Origin: Mobula hypostoma
Lineage: Eukaryota
Length of the DNA: 64,000 bases
Direction: 5' to 3'
Assembly: GCF_963921235.1 (NCBI RefSeq)
Contig: NC_086109.1
Coordinates: 23,190,001-23,254,000 of the forward strand
A program made the translations under genes and the position numbers. The number at the start of each line of letters is the position of its first letter. The stretch's first letter is position 1. The notes beneath the pieces are model-generated. The model saw only the letters and a program-made list of their open reading frames with translations. It did no database searches and was not told where the DNA came from. Positions 36,259 to 48,940 of this stretch are shown here, one piece after another.

Positions 36259-38429
36259 TGTTAGGAAAGATAAATGATTCCACGCTCTCTGCCTCTCAAA
36301 AAAAAAATCACTTTTTGTATTTCTAAATCAGACCCATCCTTCTTTTGATCCTGTTTTAGTATATATGTGAATTAAAAAAAAAGACGCTTTACTTCCCGTT
36401 TTAACATTATCTCCCAATCTATTCTCCTATATTCTCTTTGCCCCTTATTTTTCCCAGTTTCCCTCTGGACTTTCTGTATTTGGCCTTACTCTCTACTGAA
36501 GTCTGCCTAAAACAATGATATTATAGCTTAAAACAGGGATCATATTTTCACTTGTTTTCTGAGTTCCTGATTTGCTTTCTCAATTGACATACCAGCACAG
36601 CAGGAAAGATATTAGCATGTATAGAAGATTGGCTGATTGGCAGGAGGTAAACAGTAGGAATGGGGGGTGGGCTTTTTTGGTTGGCTGCCAGTGACTATTG
36701 GTGTTTCACACGAGTCACTGGGTATATTTAAAACAGAGGCTGGTAAGTTCTTGATTAGTAAGGGTAACCAGCCATGATAGAATGGTAGAACAGACTTGAT
36801 GAGTCAAGTGGTCAAATTCTGCTCTTGGTCTTATGGTATTAGTCAGAGAAAAGGCACCATTGGACAAATTATTAATACATTTAAAAATCCTCCCTCTTTT
36901 TCTACAAGTGGTTAACTGGACTCCAATTCAGCAAATGAAGAACTTATATTTATGTAACAATTTATTACATCACATTACTTCTTTTATTTACAATACTTCA
37001 ATGTGGCTTTAGCAATTTGCAAACCAGACTGCATTATCCAACTGCTTCAAATGAGGGTGTGAATGAGATAAATTCACCAATGTTATATTTCTGGGCCTGA
37101 CTCATGCTCCCAGCAGAAAGCCACACTCCCACTGATAGCAGATTTCAAAACCAGTCCCCTGTTCTCTGCTCCTATCCCTGGCACTTTGAGCCAAACTCCC
37201 CACTGGAACAGCTCGATTGTAAAGTTTACCCTGGAATGCAGACAATTTAAAATAATTTAAATTGGGGAAGGCAAGTCAGTTGTAATCCATTGAACAACCA
37301 AAGACTTTAAGGGTGAGATAGGCTACATCTGTTCTTATGTGTCTAGGATCTTTCTTTTTATAAAAAAAAAAGCTTTTCAAAGTAAATTGATTATCAATGT
37401 ACATATATGTCACCATATACAACCCTGAGATTCATTTTCTTGTCAGCAAACTAAATAAATCCAATAGTCATAATAGAATCAATGAAGGACCACAACAGGG
37501 TAGACAACCAGTGTGCAGAGGAAAACAAAATGTACAAATCAAAAAGAAAAAAAAAATAAGCAATAAATATTGAGACCATGAGATGAGGTCCTTGAAAGTG
37601 AGTCCACAGGGAACAGTTGAGTGATAGGGCAGGTGAAGGTGAGTGAAGTTATGCTCTGGTTCAAGAGCCTGATGGTTGAGGGGTAAAACCCGTTCTTTAA
37701 CCTGGAACTTAAGGAAAAGAAACTGGAGGCAGTACATAACCTGAAGTCTGCTCCTACTCTATTGATAAAGCTGGAATCATGACAACATGATCAATTCCTT
37801 CCACTTTAGCAGCCAACTCCAGTCAGCTTTAAACAGCCTCTGTCACTTGGAATCAGCCTGGTCCTGGATAGATTCAGTAACAGCTCAATTACAAACAACT
37901 TGGAGCGCATCATAAGCACTAAGTTTTATTGCAGCGGATGTGAGAGAGGAAGTAACATTTGAACAGCCAAGAGATGCATAGGCTTTGGCAGCTTGAAAGG
38001 ATTGAACCAAAATAAGTTTTAAATGCTGGAATTGATCTCACAATTACCACTACTTCTAGTTGAAACCATGCACAAGATTACACTGCTTCAAAAAAATCCC
38101 TATGAGCACCTCTGTGTACTTTTGGGATAACTGTTGTCTCATGGTTCTTGTGAGTTATGAATCACTGCGTGCTTGACTGTGGAACATTTCCTGAGTTTAT
38201 CTTCTGCTAAGAGGGAATGGAAGTGGACCAGTACTACAGTGGTTAAGTCACCAGAGTTGCAGTCAAGGCTGTACAGTCATTGATTCAAATCCCACTAAGG
38301 CAGCTAAGGAATTTAAATTAATATAATTAAATAAATCTGATTTTGAGTAAAGCTAATTTTGCTACCAGAAACAACAAGATCACCAGATTTTATAAAGAAA
38401 AACATTTTGGAGATATGGCTTTGTCAGCA

Positions 38430-40580
38430 TGTTTGTAAGGGAAGGTCATGCCTTCACAATTTTTTTTGAAGTGGTGACAAAGGAGCTTAATGAGGACAAA
38501 GCAGTGGACATTGTTGACTTTAGTAAGGACATTTGAAAAGGTCCATCCATGGTAAATAAATTCAGAAGATAAAGATGCATAGGATCTGGGTTATCACCTG
38601 CAAAATCTTGAACAAAAGGGGACAACAAGACTCACTTGCCCACCCATGTTCCCATAATCCATGATCTCACATTAAGGACTCTTTATCTTGTTCACTCATG
38701 TTCTCTTTATTTATTGCTATTTATTTGTATTTGCATAGTTTGTCTTCTGCACTCTGGTTGATCTTAAATTGATCCTGTTATAGATTCTATAGATTTGCTG
38801 AGTGTGCCCACTGAAAAAAATGAATCTCAGGGTTGTATATGGGGACATACATGTACTTTAGTATTAAAATTTACTTTGAAATTTGAACTGCAAGGCTGAA
38901 TTCAGAACTGGCTTGACCACTGTAGACAACGAGCAGGGGTGGAAGGCGGTTATTCTGGTTGTTGGTCCACAACCAGTGGCACTTCACAAGGATCGGCGCT
39001 GAGAGCTCTGTTGTTGGTGATAATTATCAATGATTTGGATGAAAATGCAGATGGGCCGATTATAGATGAGACCTAGATTGCCAAAGTTGTGGACAGTATA
39101 AAGGACCATCAAATAATACAGCAGGATATTAATCAGTTACAGATATGGGCAGAGAAAGTGTACAGTTAATGGTAGACCTCTTGACAGTGTTGTGGTACAG
39201 TGGGATCTTGGGGTCCAGGTTCATAGTTCACTGAAGGTGCCTACACAAGTGGATAGGGTGGTAAGGAAGGGATATGGCATGCTTGCTTTCATTGGCGGGG
39301 GGAGAAAAAAGTCCGAGAGTTATGCTGCATCTATATAAAGGAAAAGGTGGGAGGAAGAGATACCAGTGCACTGTGTGCACGCAGCCCTCCAGTGAAAATG
39401 ATATCGTATCCGTTAAATAGGGGCCGTGGACAATTCTGATTTGATGGAGACAGACGTGAAAGCACAGAGGAACATCCGGAGAAATTTCTGAAACACAGGT
39501 TCGCTGCCATTGTTACTGCGCGATCCGAGAATCTTCTGGAGGGAAGGCCTCAAGATCCCCGGCTTTGCCTGCTGTTGGCAACCGAGATTGAGGTCGAATC
39601 GTTTGGATAGAGATGGTGCTCGGTATTCGGTGTCGGAGAGCTGATCGGAGGCTTGAAGTTTTCGGATCACTCAGAGTCGGACTGTGGTTGGGCATGGCAG
39701 GGAGAGTTTTTCTTCCTTCTCCCGTCAGCGTGAGATGTGGGACATTTGAGAAACTTCGAACTTTTTACTGTGCTATGGACTGCTCTTCATCAAGTTATGG
39801 TATTGTTGTACTGTTGTAACTATATGTTATAATTATGTGGTTTTGTTAGTTTTTTCAGTCTTGGTCTGTCCTGTGTTTTGTGATATCACACAGGAGGAAA
39901 TATTGTATCATTTCTTAATGCATGAATTACTAAATGACAATAAAAGAGGACTGCGTGTCTTCATAATCTAAAAAAAACTTTAGTCAGATTGTATTTGGAG
40001 TATTGTGTACATTTCTGGTCACCCCATTATAGGAAGAATGTGAAGAGGATGCAGGTTTGCCAGGATGCTGCCTGGATTAGAGGATATGAGCTAGAAGGAA
40101 AGGCTGAAAAAACATGGATTGTTCTCAGGGGCTGAGGGGAGACCTGTTAAAAAGTTCTTTTTTAAAAATTATTGGAGGCATAGATAGGGTAGACAATCAA
40201 AATCTTTTCCACAGAGTAGAAATATCAAACACCAGAGGGTATGCATGTTCTAAGCGAGGGGAGGGAGAGTTTAAAGGGAATGTGAGGGGCAAGTTTGCCA
40301 TGCAAGGAGTGGCAAGTGCCTGAAATGGATGACTGGGGGAGCGCTGCAATCAGGCAGTCTGGTGGAGTTTCAGAGCTTTTAGACCAGGGATTCCACAGAC
40401 CCCTTGGTTAATGGCATAAAAAAGGCTGGGAACCCATTTCAGATAAATACATGAATATGAATGGAATAGATGCATATGGACGATGCAGAACAAGAGGACA
40501 CTTAGATTAAGTTAGCATCAAGATCAGCACACCATCATGGGCCAAATAGCTTGCCCAGTCTGTACTGTTGTATGTTATGT
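38430..40580 (+). mobile_element. Old CR1 LINE (RT to tail) with several later insertions
   Basis: Degenerate FEVVTK..NEDKAVD.VDFSKD, SGTSQGSALRALL, LEYCVHFWSPHYRK and a CR1 tail. Interrupted at ~38620-38890, 39350-39970 and ~40385-40437. Confidence 0.75.
39350..39970 (+). mobile_element. ~620-bp non-coding interspersed repeat, copy 2
   Basis: Homologous to 25757-26425. Interrupts the old CR1 at TATATAAA|AAACTTTAGTCAG. Confidence 0.8.
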
Positions 40581-42284
40581 ATGTTGGTTCAATGATGTTC
40601 TCCAAGGAAGGAAACCTCCCACCAACCATCTTCATGTGACTTTAGATGCATTACAGTAATATGGTTGACTCTTACCTATCTTCTCTGATCAGGTCTATCT
40701 AGGGATGGACAATTAAAGCTGCTGAGGCCAGTAACATCCACATCCAATGAATGAATGAAAGGAAGAAAGGACAAGGCAGCCTGCACCCTATCATTCAGCA
40801 TTACAGTTTTACAGAGAACTTCTTAAATAAAAGGCTGGGTAAATTACACTTATACTGAACGCATCTCCCAAACCAAAACAGAGACAAGCTTCCAATAACA
40901 GCTTGCTCGACTTCATAAAGTAACAGCTCTGCCTAAGAGCAATACAATTAGAGAGAACTTTAAAAAAGCAACAGGAAGGAGCGAGGAGGCAGCTGCTAGC
41001 AAAGGGAAGGAATAGCAGTTGCAAGGAAACATCAGAATGCTTCATATATTGTGACTGGGGAACATGTTCTGAGCAGACTACCACTGTTTGTGTTGGCATT
41101 GATTCCCTCTGGGCCATATGGGACTCCAGAGATGAAAGGGGAAAGCATCTCATGTTGGAAGCTTTCAATGAGAGAATCTCATTGTAATATTACAAAGAAT
41201 TACTGCACATAATGTGTATCGTTAGCAACTTCAATTAGATTTTTGGTTTGATTTACAGTACAAATCTTCCTTCTTTTGCCCTTTCCAAGCGACTGGATGT
41301 TTGGACTTCATGAAGTACAGAATCCAGGAAGACAAATCGGGCTCTGATGCTTCACCAACGGAATCACTCAGATATCAACGGGACAAAGAGTAACAGCAGG
41401 TTAACTAACTGCTGAGGCATCACAGGTGATCACACTGTGAGCAATTTCCCAGGGAATCACCAGTTAGCAGAGGAAAAGAAAGTCACACAATCATGCAACC
41501 AGCAGATCTGCTGCCTTACAATACTGACTGTGTGGAGTTTGCATTATCTCTCTGTGACCACATTGATTTCCTTTGAGTATTATGATTTTCTCTCCCATCC
41601 TAGAGATATATAGGTAAGTTAACTGGCTGTTGTAAAATACCTCCAGTGCGAGGTAGGTGGGAAGAGGATCTATCTTGGCCATTCAGCAAGTGGAGTTATT
41701 GACCACCTTTTATTTGATGTTTGTAAGTTTTATTCCAAAATCTGACTCAAGGTCTTTGACCTGAAAGGTTAGCTGTGCCTCTTCCTGCTCATATGACTGA
41801 CCTGCAAAATATTTTCAGCATTTTCTGTTTCTTTTAGTTTACTTTTCCAGCATTTGTTGCTCTTTTGATTTTTTTTTTAATTATTAGCTTGCTTGGTTAT
41901 AAATGTACCTCAGTGCATTGACATGCATGAAGAAAAGAACACGCACTGCTACTTAATTGCTAAGCAGTGATTTTGGATGCAGTTCAAGCAAGAGAAGGAT
42001 TATCCTTGATTATAAAGCCATAGTTGTACAGCAAAGATGCAAACTCTTCAGCCTGATTTGTTCAAGCTGACTGATATGCCTATCTATGGTAATCCCATTT
42101 TCTTATATTTGGCCCACATGCCTCTGTTTATTTCTTATTAATGTACCTGTCCAAATGCTTTTAAATGCTGTGATTGTACCTTCCTCTACCACCTCTTCTG
42201 GCAGCTTGTACCACACATCCACCCCCTCTGTGGAAAATAAAAACTTTCCCCTCAGATCTCCTTTAAGTGTTTCCGTCATCACAA

Positions 42285-42800
42285 ATCATGCATCTCCGCA
42301 GCATCCGCCACGAGTGGGACTTCCCAGTGGCCAAACATTTTAATTCTGATTCCCATTCTGACATCTTGGACCACATCCTCCTCTTGTACCAAGATGAGTC
42401 CACCTTCAGGGTGGAGGAGCAACACCTTATATTCTGTCTGGGTACCCTCCAACCTCGTGCAAGAGTATTGATTTCTCCTTCCAGTGAAGGAATTTCCTCC
42501 CCCTCTTTTCCCCGCTCTGACCTTCCACTTTTTCCTCACCTGCCTATTGCTTCCCACTGGATCCCCTCCTCCTCCCCTTTCTATTGTCCACTCTCCTCTC
42601 CTATCAGATTCTTTCTTCTCCAGACCTCAACTTTTCCCACCCACCTGCCTTCACCTATCACCCTCGTTCCCCTCCCCCCACCTTTTTATTCAGGCATCTT
42701 TCTCCTTCCTTCTCAGTCCTGAAGAGTCTTGGCTTGAAACATCGACTGTTTATTCATTTACATAGATATTGCCTGACCAACTGCGTTCCTCCAGCATTGT
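42285..42800 (+). mobile_element. Older Neptune-type Penelope 3' fragment with degenerate hammerhead (42715-42747)
   Basis: HLRSIRHEWDFPVAKHFNS...EEQHLIFCLGTLQP. Ribozyme remnant AGTC-CTGAAGA-GTCTTGGCTT-GAAA-CATC-GACT. Confidence 0.8.
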
Positions 42801-42853
42801 GTGTGCGTGTGTGTGTGTGTGTTACCTTAAACCTATGGCCTCTTGTTTTAGAT

Positions 42854-42941
42854 CAGAGGCTACCAACTCCCAACCATTTTTTATGTCATGGACCCCCTAC
42901 CATTAACTGAGGGGTCCATGGACACAGGTTGGGAATCCCTG
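42854..42941. mobile_element. hAT MITE (same family as 53343-53422)
   Basis: CAG...TCCCAACC...GGTTGGGAATCCCTG. Flanks TTTTAGAT and TTTTAGTC form a degenerate 8-bp TSD. Confidence 0.65.
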
Positions 42942-43580
42942 TTTTAGTCTGTCCCTCCCTTACGAAAAAAACTGAAATATCTAACCTATTTGTGCCCCTC
43001 ATAAGTTTGTAAATCTTTATAAGGTCACCAGTCAGCCTCCTGCACTCTGGTGAGGACATCCTCAGCCTACCAATCTCTCCTTAGAACTAAGGCCCTCCCT
43101 TCAAAGCAATGTCCTGATGAATCTCTTCTGTACTCGTTCTTTAATATCAGATACTTGTACATATGAATGCAAGCAAACTAAATGCCTTCTTCTAAACCCT
43201 AACCTCAAGTTGCTGTTTTCTGGGAGCTAACTACTTGCTTCCCAAGGTTCCCCTGTACATCAACACTTCTAAAGTCCCTTCCATTTACATTGTTTGTCTG
43301 ACCAACATTAAAATGACCTAAAATGCATTGCCTCACACCTTCTGGATTAAATTCCAATTGTTATTGCTCTATCCAGCTTTCTAGCTAATCCATGTCCTTC
43401 TGTATCCTCAGGCAATCATCCTCCCCATCGTTCACTTCACCAATCTTACTTAAATCATACCATACGCATTCTTATCCAAGCATAAATATCTCAAACAGCA
43501 AAGGTCCCAGCACCAAACCCTGCACTATACCACCGATTACAGACTTCTCCTCACAAAACCTCTCCTCTACTACTCTCAAC

Positions 43581-44070
43581 CAAGTCCAGCTCCAGCCCTT
43601 CACGTGTGGCTTAGCTACTAAGCCCTGCAGAAACGTTTCTACTGACAGGAGAAGGGAAAAAGGCAGGTTACTGGCGCCTTAAAACCAGCTGCTTTGGGCA
43701 GACGGGGCACATCAGCCGTGGTCGGTGGCTCATTTAGAAGGAAAACTCTGATCTCAAACCTGTGTAGCCTTGCAACTATACCCTCTCACGGGGAAGACTT
43801 CGGGAGTAAACCCAGAGGGAAAATTCCGAAGCTGGAGTCCCTAAGGCAGTCCCACTTTGAGGTCAATGCTGACTGGCAACTCCCACAATGCTGCTGGTGC
43901 CAAAATGTATTGGTTTCTGCAGTTCCTTTGCATTCATCAGATGCCTGGACAAGGGAAGCTTGCTACATGGGCAACAGCTTGTTCTCCATATTGCATTGCT
44001 CTGGCTTGTCTATATAGACAGCTAGGATGGAACAGCCATGGTTGACCTTGACCAACAGAGACCTTTGAAT
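43581..44070 (+). mobile_element. RTE 5' UTR-like non-autonomous element
   Basis: Contains AGAAGGAAAACTCTGATCTCAAACC, a motif recalled from RTE-clade 5' UTRs. Interrupts the old CR1. Confidence 0.5.
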
Positions 44071-44254
44071 GACTACCCCCTACCTCCTATCAATAAGCCA
44101 ATTTTGGAACCAGTTTGCTAAAACAGCTTGGACCCATTCATATGCGTTAACTTTCTGGACCAGTTTACTGGGTGGGGCCTTCTCAGAAGTCATATTAAAG
44201 CTCATGTATACCACATCTACTACCTCCCTTCCTTCATCAACTTTCTTCACAACC

Positions 44255-44939
44255 TGCAGGCTGAGTCAGTGGTGAGGAAGGCAAATGCAATGTTAGCATT
44301 CATTCCAAGAGGTCTAGAATACAAGAGCAGGGATTTGATGCTGATGCCTTACAAGGCATTGGTGAGGCCTCTCCTTGAGTACTGTGAACAGTTCTGGGCT
44401 CTTCATCTAAGAAAGGATGTGCTGGCATTAAAAAAAAAGGTTCAGAAGAGGTTCACAAGAATGATTCTGGGAATGAAAGGGTTATTATACAAGGAACGTT
44501 TCATGGCTCTGGGTCTGTACTCGCTGGAATTTAGAAGGATGGGAGGGGGGAATCTCATTGAAATCTTTCAAATATTGAAAGGCCTATACAGAGCAGATGC
44601 GGAAAGGATGTTTCCCATGGTGGGGAAGCCTAGGACAAGAGGGCACAGCCTCAGGATAGAGGGGCGTCCATTTAAAACAGAGATGCGGAGAAATTTCTTT
44701 AGCCAGAGGGTGGTGTATTTGTGGAATTTGTTACCACGGGCAGCTCTGGAGGCCAGGTTGTTGGGTGTATTTAAGGCAGAGATTGATAGGTTCTTGATTG
44801 GACATGGCATCGGGGTTATGGGGGGTAGGCCGGGGAGTAGGGCTAAGGAGGGGAAAAAAAGTATCAGCAATGATGGAATGGTGGAGCAGACTCAATGGGC
44901 CAAATAGCCTAATTCTGCTCCCATGCCTTATGGTCTAAG
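44255..44939 (+). mobile_element. CR1 3' fragment
   Basis: ORF 44128-44907 from QAESVVRKANAML onward (YKALVRPLLEYCEQFW...RTRGHSL...FFSQRVV.LWN.LP), followed by the CR1 tail. Confidence 0.92.
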
Positions 44940-45562
44940 ACTATGTTCACTCTCTCAAATCAGCCCCTGCCTTTCCAAGAGATTAAACCCTACCCTGAAG
45001 AATTGTTTTTCCTATAGTTTCCCAACTACTAATGCAAGGCCCTGGTTTATCTCTGTTACTCTTTTTGATATGGGAACAACAAAACTACCCCTCAGTCACC
45101 TAGTACCTCAGCCATAGCAAAAGATCTCTTGTCAGAGGTTTGGCAATCTCTTCCCTTACTGCTCATAACACCATGGGATAGATTTCATCAGACCCTGGGG
45201 ATCTGTCCACCTTAATGTGCATTGATATCGCTAACTTCCTCTTTCTTGATACACATGCTCCAGACTATCCCAGTACACATCCCCTAACTCTCCATGCTCC
45301 CCATCCTTCTCCCTGGTGAACACTAATGCAAAGTATTCATTTAGCACACGATACTTATCCTGTTCTCCAAACAAATCCATTTGTGGAAACTCATGCTTCA
45401 AATAGATATAGCCACCACATCAGTGACGAATTCTATGAGACAGATGAGAATGTGACTGCACTAAGTCTTTAGTCTTCAAGATGATGCCAGTGATCAACAC
45501 AAGCACAGCGACATCCAGCAGACAGCTCGCAAAGCTACCTTTTTCTTCTTCTTCTGTTAAAT

Positions 45563-45920
45563 GTGCTTCTTCTTCCCACTAGTCAGGACATTCACAAAGA
45601 CAGGTGTGTAAAAAGGGCCCAAAGGATCATTGGGGACCCGAGTCACCCCAACCACAAACTGTTCCAGCTGCTACCATCCGGGAAACGGTACTGCAGCATA
45701 AAAGCCAGGACCAGCAGATTCCGGGACAGCGTCTTCCACCAGGCCATCAGACTGATTAACTCACGCTGATACAATTGTATTTCTATGTTATATTGACGGT
45801 CCTGTTGTACATACTATTTATTACAAATCACTATAAATTGCACATTTAGATGGGAGTGTAACAAAGATTTTTACTCATCACGAGTATGAAGGATGTAAGC
45901 AATAAAGTCAATTCAATTCT
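45563..45920 (+). mobile_element. Rex1/Babar-type 3' fragment
   Basis: RAQRIIGDPSHPNHKLFQLLPSGKRY.SIKARTSRFRDS.FHQAIRL. Tail AATAAAGTCAATTCAATTC. Confidence 0.85.
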
Positions 45921-46432
45921 TCTGAACTGTGATTGATCACAGCCTGTAATTTTCATTTTGTTGATATGTTTTTGGGCCGACCAAACGATCCGGCGCTTTT
46001 GCTCTTTCCTGCTGAATTTGGCGAGGTTGGGAGTGGAGTGTGCGGCTATCATTTCTCAACGATGGAGCGCGGACCCATGGTTGGCTCCATTGCCCCTCAT
46101 TGATTAAAGAGCGAGCAAGGTTGAAATCAACAAGGACGAGAGTGGAAAGCAAGTGAATATTCAGCGCCGTGTCCCTGCATTTGACTGGTCTCCCTTTCAC
46201 TGCTACCAGAGGAGAGTGCTGGTTTGATCGCCTTGGCAGTATGGTTCATGGCTGCGGGACTTTGCAGTGCTGAACATGTTCTGTGGTGTGGACCCATTTT
46301 TGCAGAACTCTGCATTTCATGTTCCACGTTTCTGTTTACTCTTTTTGCTACTTGCGCGATCTGATCGAGGTGCTCCAGCGCAGAACTGGCTCTGCGGCTG
46401 AGGCCTGCAGTCACTGACACAGCACTAAACTG

Positions 46433-46693
46433 GTGGAGCAGTGGCATCAGCACCGGACTTCGGAGCAAAGGCTCCTGGGTTCGAATCCAATTCGGGCCAC
46501 CTGCCCCCGCCCAGCACGCCTTCCATCCGTGCCGGGTTGAGCGTTGAGCTAGCCACTCGGCCTCGGAAAAAACAAGGATCGAGTCGGGAACGTTCATCTC
46601 GTGACCCGGTTAATCTGAAAGGAGACCAATCCTGACACTACACGCCAGACAAGAATGGCTGACTGTCTGGTGCGACACGCTAGGAAGGAAGGA
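46433..46693 (+). mobile_element. tRNA-derived SINE with (GGAA)n tail and 12-bp TSD
   Basis: A-box-like GTGGAGCAGTGG and B-box GGTTCGAATCC. TSD AGCACTAAACTG at 46421-46432 and 46694-46705. Confidence 0.85.
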
Positions 46694-48129
46694 AGCACTA
46701 AACTGAACTGACTCGGTAGCTGTCACTCCTGGACCATTTCGGGGACTGTGTGGTTTGATATTTAATATTCTGTGTGTTACTTACTTGCTTTTAACCTGTG
46801 TTCCATGGTGTTTTTCTGTTCCGTCACTGCCTGCTGGCAACGAATCTCAGGGTTGTATACTGTATACGTACTTTGATCATAAATGTACTTTGAAACTTTT
46901 TACTGTTAGTGCACTGTAAGGGCATTAGCTGCAGCCATCTTCCTTTGTCATACCATGAAGACAACCAGTTACAGGATTTGGAACATAAGCAGCCCACAAA
47001 GATTGTTCAAATCATATTTGTTAGCGGCTGTGTCGTTGGCTACTTACATGTAAGACACACACAAACAATATTTAACAAGTGCAAATGACCTGTATTTCTT
47101 TGCAAGGTTTTGCAAGCAGAACTGCTCACACCCTTCAATACAAGACTATTTTTCTCTTAATCCTATTCTTTCCTCACGGGCTCTATGTGAGCTCTCTCAT
47201 TCCATTGCAGCTACATAACTGTCCACGGAGAAAGCCGCAGAACCATATGAAATGAATCAAGTACAAAAAAAAATCTGGAAGTGAGTACTGAGTCCAACAT
47301 TCCCCACTTGTGGCTCCATACTGAACACTTTGATTTATCGGCCGACTTGCGCCGAACGCTCCCTGCAACAAGAAACAGCCGTCCCAAAGTGAAACGCCAT
47401 GTGACTCTCTGAATCATCTTCGTTTATTCACAATATAACTAGAAAGTGAACTGGGAAAAAAAAAAGACACAAGAAAAGCTTTGTTGAGCACTCAGGGAAG
47501 AAGATTAAACTAAAGCCTCTTTCCTTTCTCATGGGAGTGGGGTGGGGTAATTGATGATGAGCAGCCAATTTTATTATGACGGTTTACACGGTGGGGCTGT
47601 ACATTCTAAATTCAAGCATTTCCTAGCAGAAGAATAAGCTGTGATCAGTGAAACAGTTTTAAAAGAGCTCACGGGATAAACTATGGACCCAGTTGATTAG
47701 GTTATTCCACCTAGGGAAACGGAACAAGGTTGTCAATATGGAAGTCAGTTGAGTCCCTTACCGCGGTTGGGAAATGAATGCCATAAGGCAAATGCAAATA
47801 AATTTTTTTTAAATGTGTATGCAAAAAAAAATTAAAATATTGCAATCCAATTTTCAACATAGTAAGGATTGCTTATAAGAAAATTTGTTCTATAACATGA
47901 ATTATTTAAATTAGGGGAGTGCAAGTGAGATAAGTGAATTCTACCCTCTTCCCTTCAAAAAGGAAAAGTAGTCACTCTCTGCTCAGCAACAAGCAGGTGT
48001 ATTACTGGCAGGAAACCTTGCCAAGCGGGGAAAACTATAAACACAGCACATCTAGCCATGGTAACTTGGGAGTCTTTTTCCATTCCACTATGCATCATGC
48101 ATAAGGGAGGATGAGCACAGTGTGGATCC

Positions 48130-48940
48130 ATCATTTTTGTGTTCAGTTCTGGTTGCCTTATTGTTGAAAGGGTGTAGTAGCTTTAGAGGGCAGACGAGAT
48201 TTGCTAGGATGTTGCCGAGATTAGAGAATATCTTATGAGGAAAGAATGATCGAGCAAGAGTTTTTTTTTCCTTTGGGCAAAGGAGGATGAGAGGTGACTT
48301 AACACTTTCTATTGGGGTTGTTTGGGACTACAACCAGAGGTCATGGGTCAGGGGTGAAAGGTGAAATGTTTAAGGGGAACATGAGGGGAAACTTCTTCAC
48401 TCAGAGGGCCGTGAGAGCGTTGAGGAGCTGCCAGCACAAGTGGTACATGCCAGCTCGATTTCAACATTTAAGAGAAGTTTGGATAGATACATGCATGGTA
48501 GGGATATGGTCCCAGTGCAGGCCCATGGGAGTAGGCAGTTTAAATGGTTCAGCACAGACTGGATGAGCCAAAGGGCCTGTTTCTGTGCTGGACTTTTCTA
48601 TGACTCTATAATGGACATCTGTAAAATAGAGCGGCCTGCCAGCATCTTTTTCCCCAAAATAGCAATGGCTGATACCAGAAGTCATCCATTTAAGGTTAGG
48701 GGAAGAAAGTTTACGGGAGATGTCAGAGGTAGGTTTTTTAATTGTACACAGAGTGATAGGTTCTTGAGTGAGGTAATGATGGAGACATACAATGAGGGCG
48801 TATAAGTTACTCTTGCATAGGCAGAGTAACGTTGTAAGAAAATGGAGAGTAGGGTTAAATTGATGGTGCAGTAGATCTATATAGGTCAATAGAACATCGT
48901 AGGCCAAAGGTCCCACACCATACTGTTCTATGTTCTATTT
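48130..48940 (+). mobile_element. Cluster of old CR1 3' fragments
   Basis: TRGHG..VKGEMFKGNMRGNFFTQR and TRSHPFKVRG.KF.GDVRGRFF, with two CR1 tails. Confidence 0.7.

Larger units (their letters stand above)
42010..45370 (-). mobile_element. Old fragmented CR1 LINE hosting nested PLE, MITE, RTE-like and younger CR1 insertions
   Basis: Reverse-complement CR1 segments are collinear across the insertions: tail ~42010-42265, RT C-terminus ~42825-43575, RT core ~44075-44250, and ~44945-45370. Confidence 0.65.

Noticed and set aside
40809..41400. 119-aa minus-strand ORF and an adjacent exon-like segment
   Set aside because: No recognisable homology or consistent splice structure. More likely unique non-coding DNA.
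44128..44907. 259-aa ORF as a host gene
   Set aside because: Chimeric frame made of antisense old CR1 sequence and a younger CR1 ORF2 C-terminus.
47211..47280. Plus-strand exon-like segment (ttgcag|...|gtgagt)
   Set aside because: Stops occur in all three frames. It could only be a non-coding exon, and nothing supports that.
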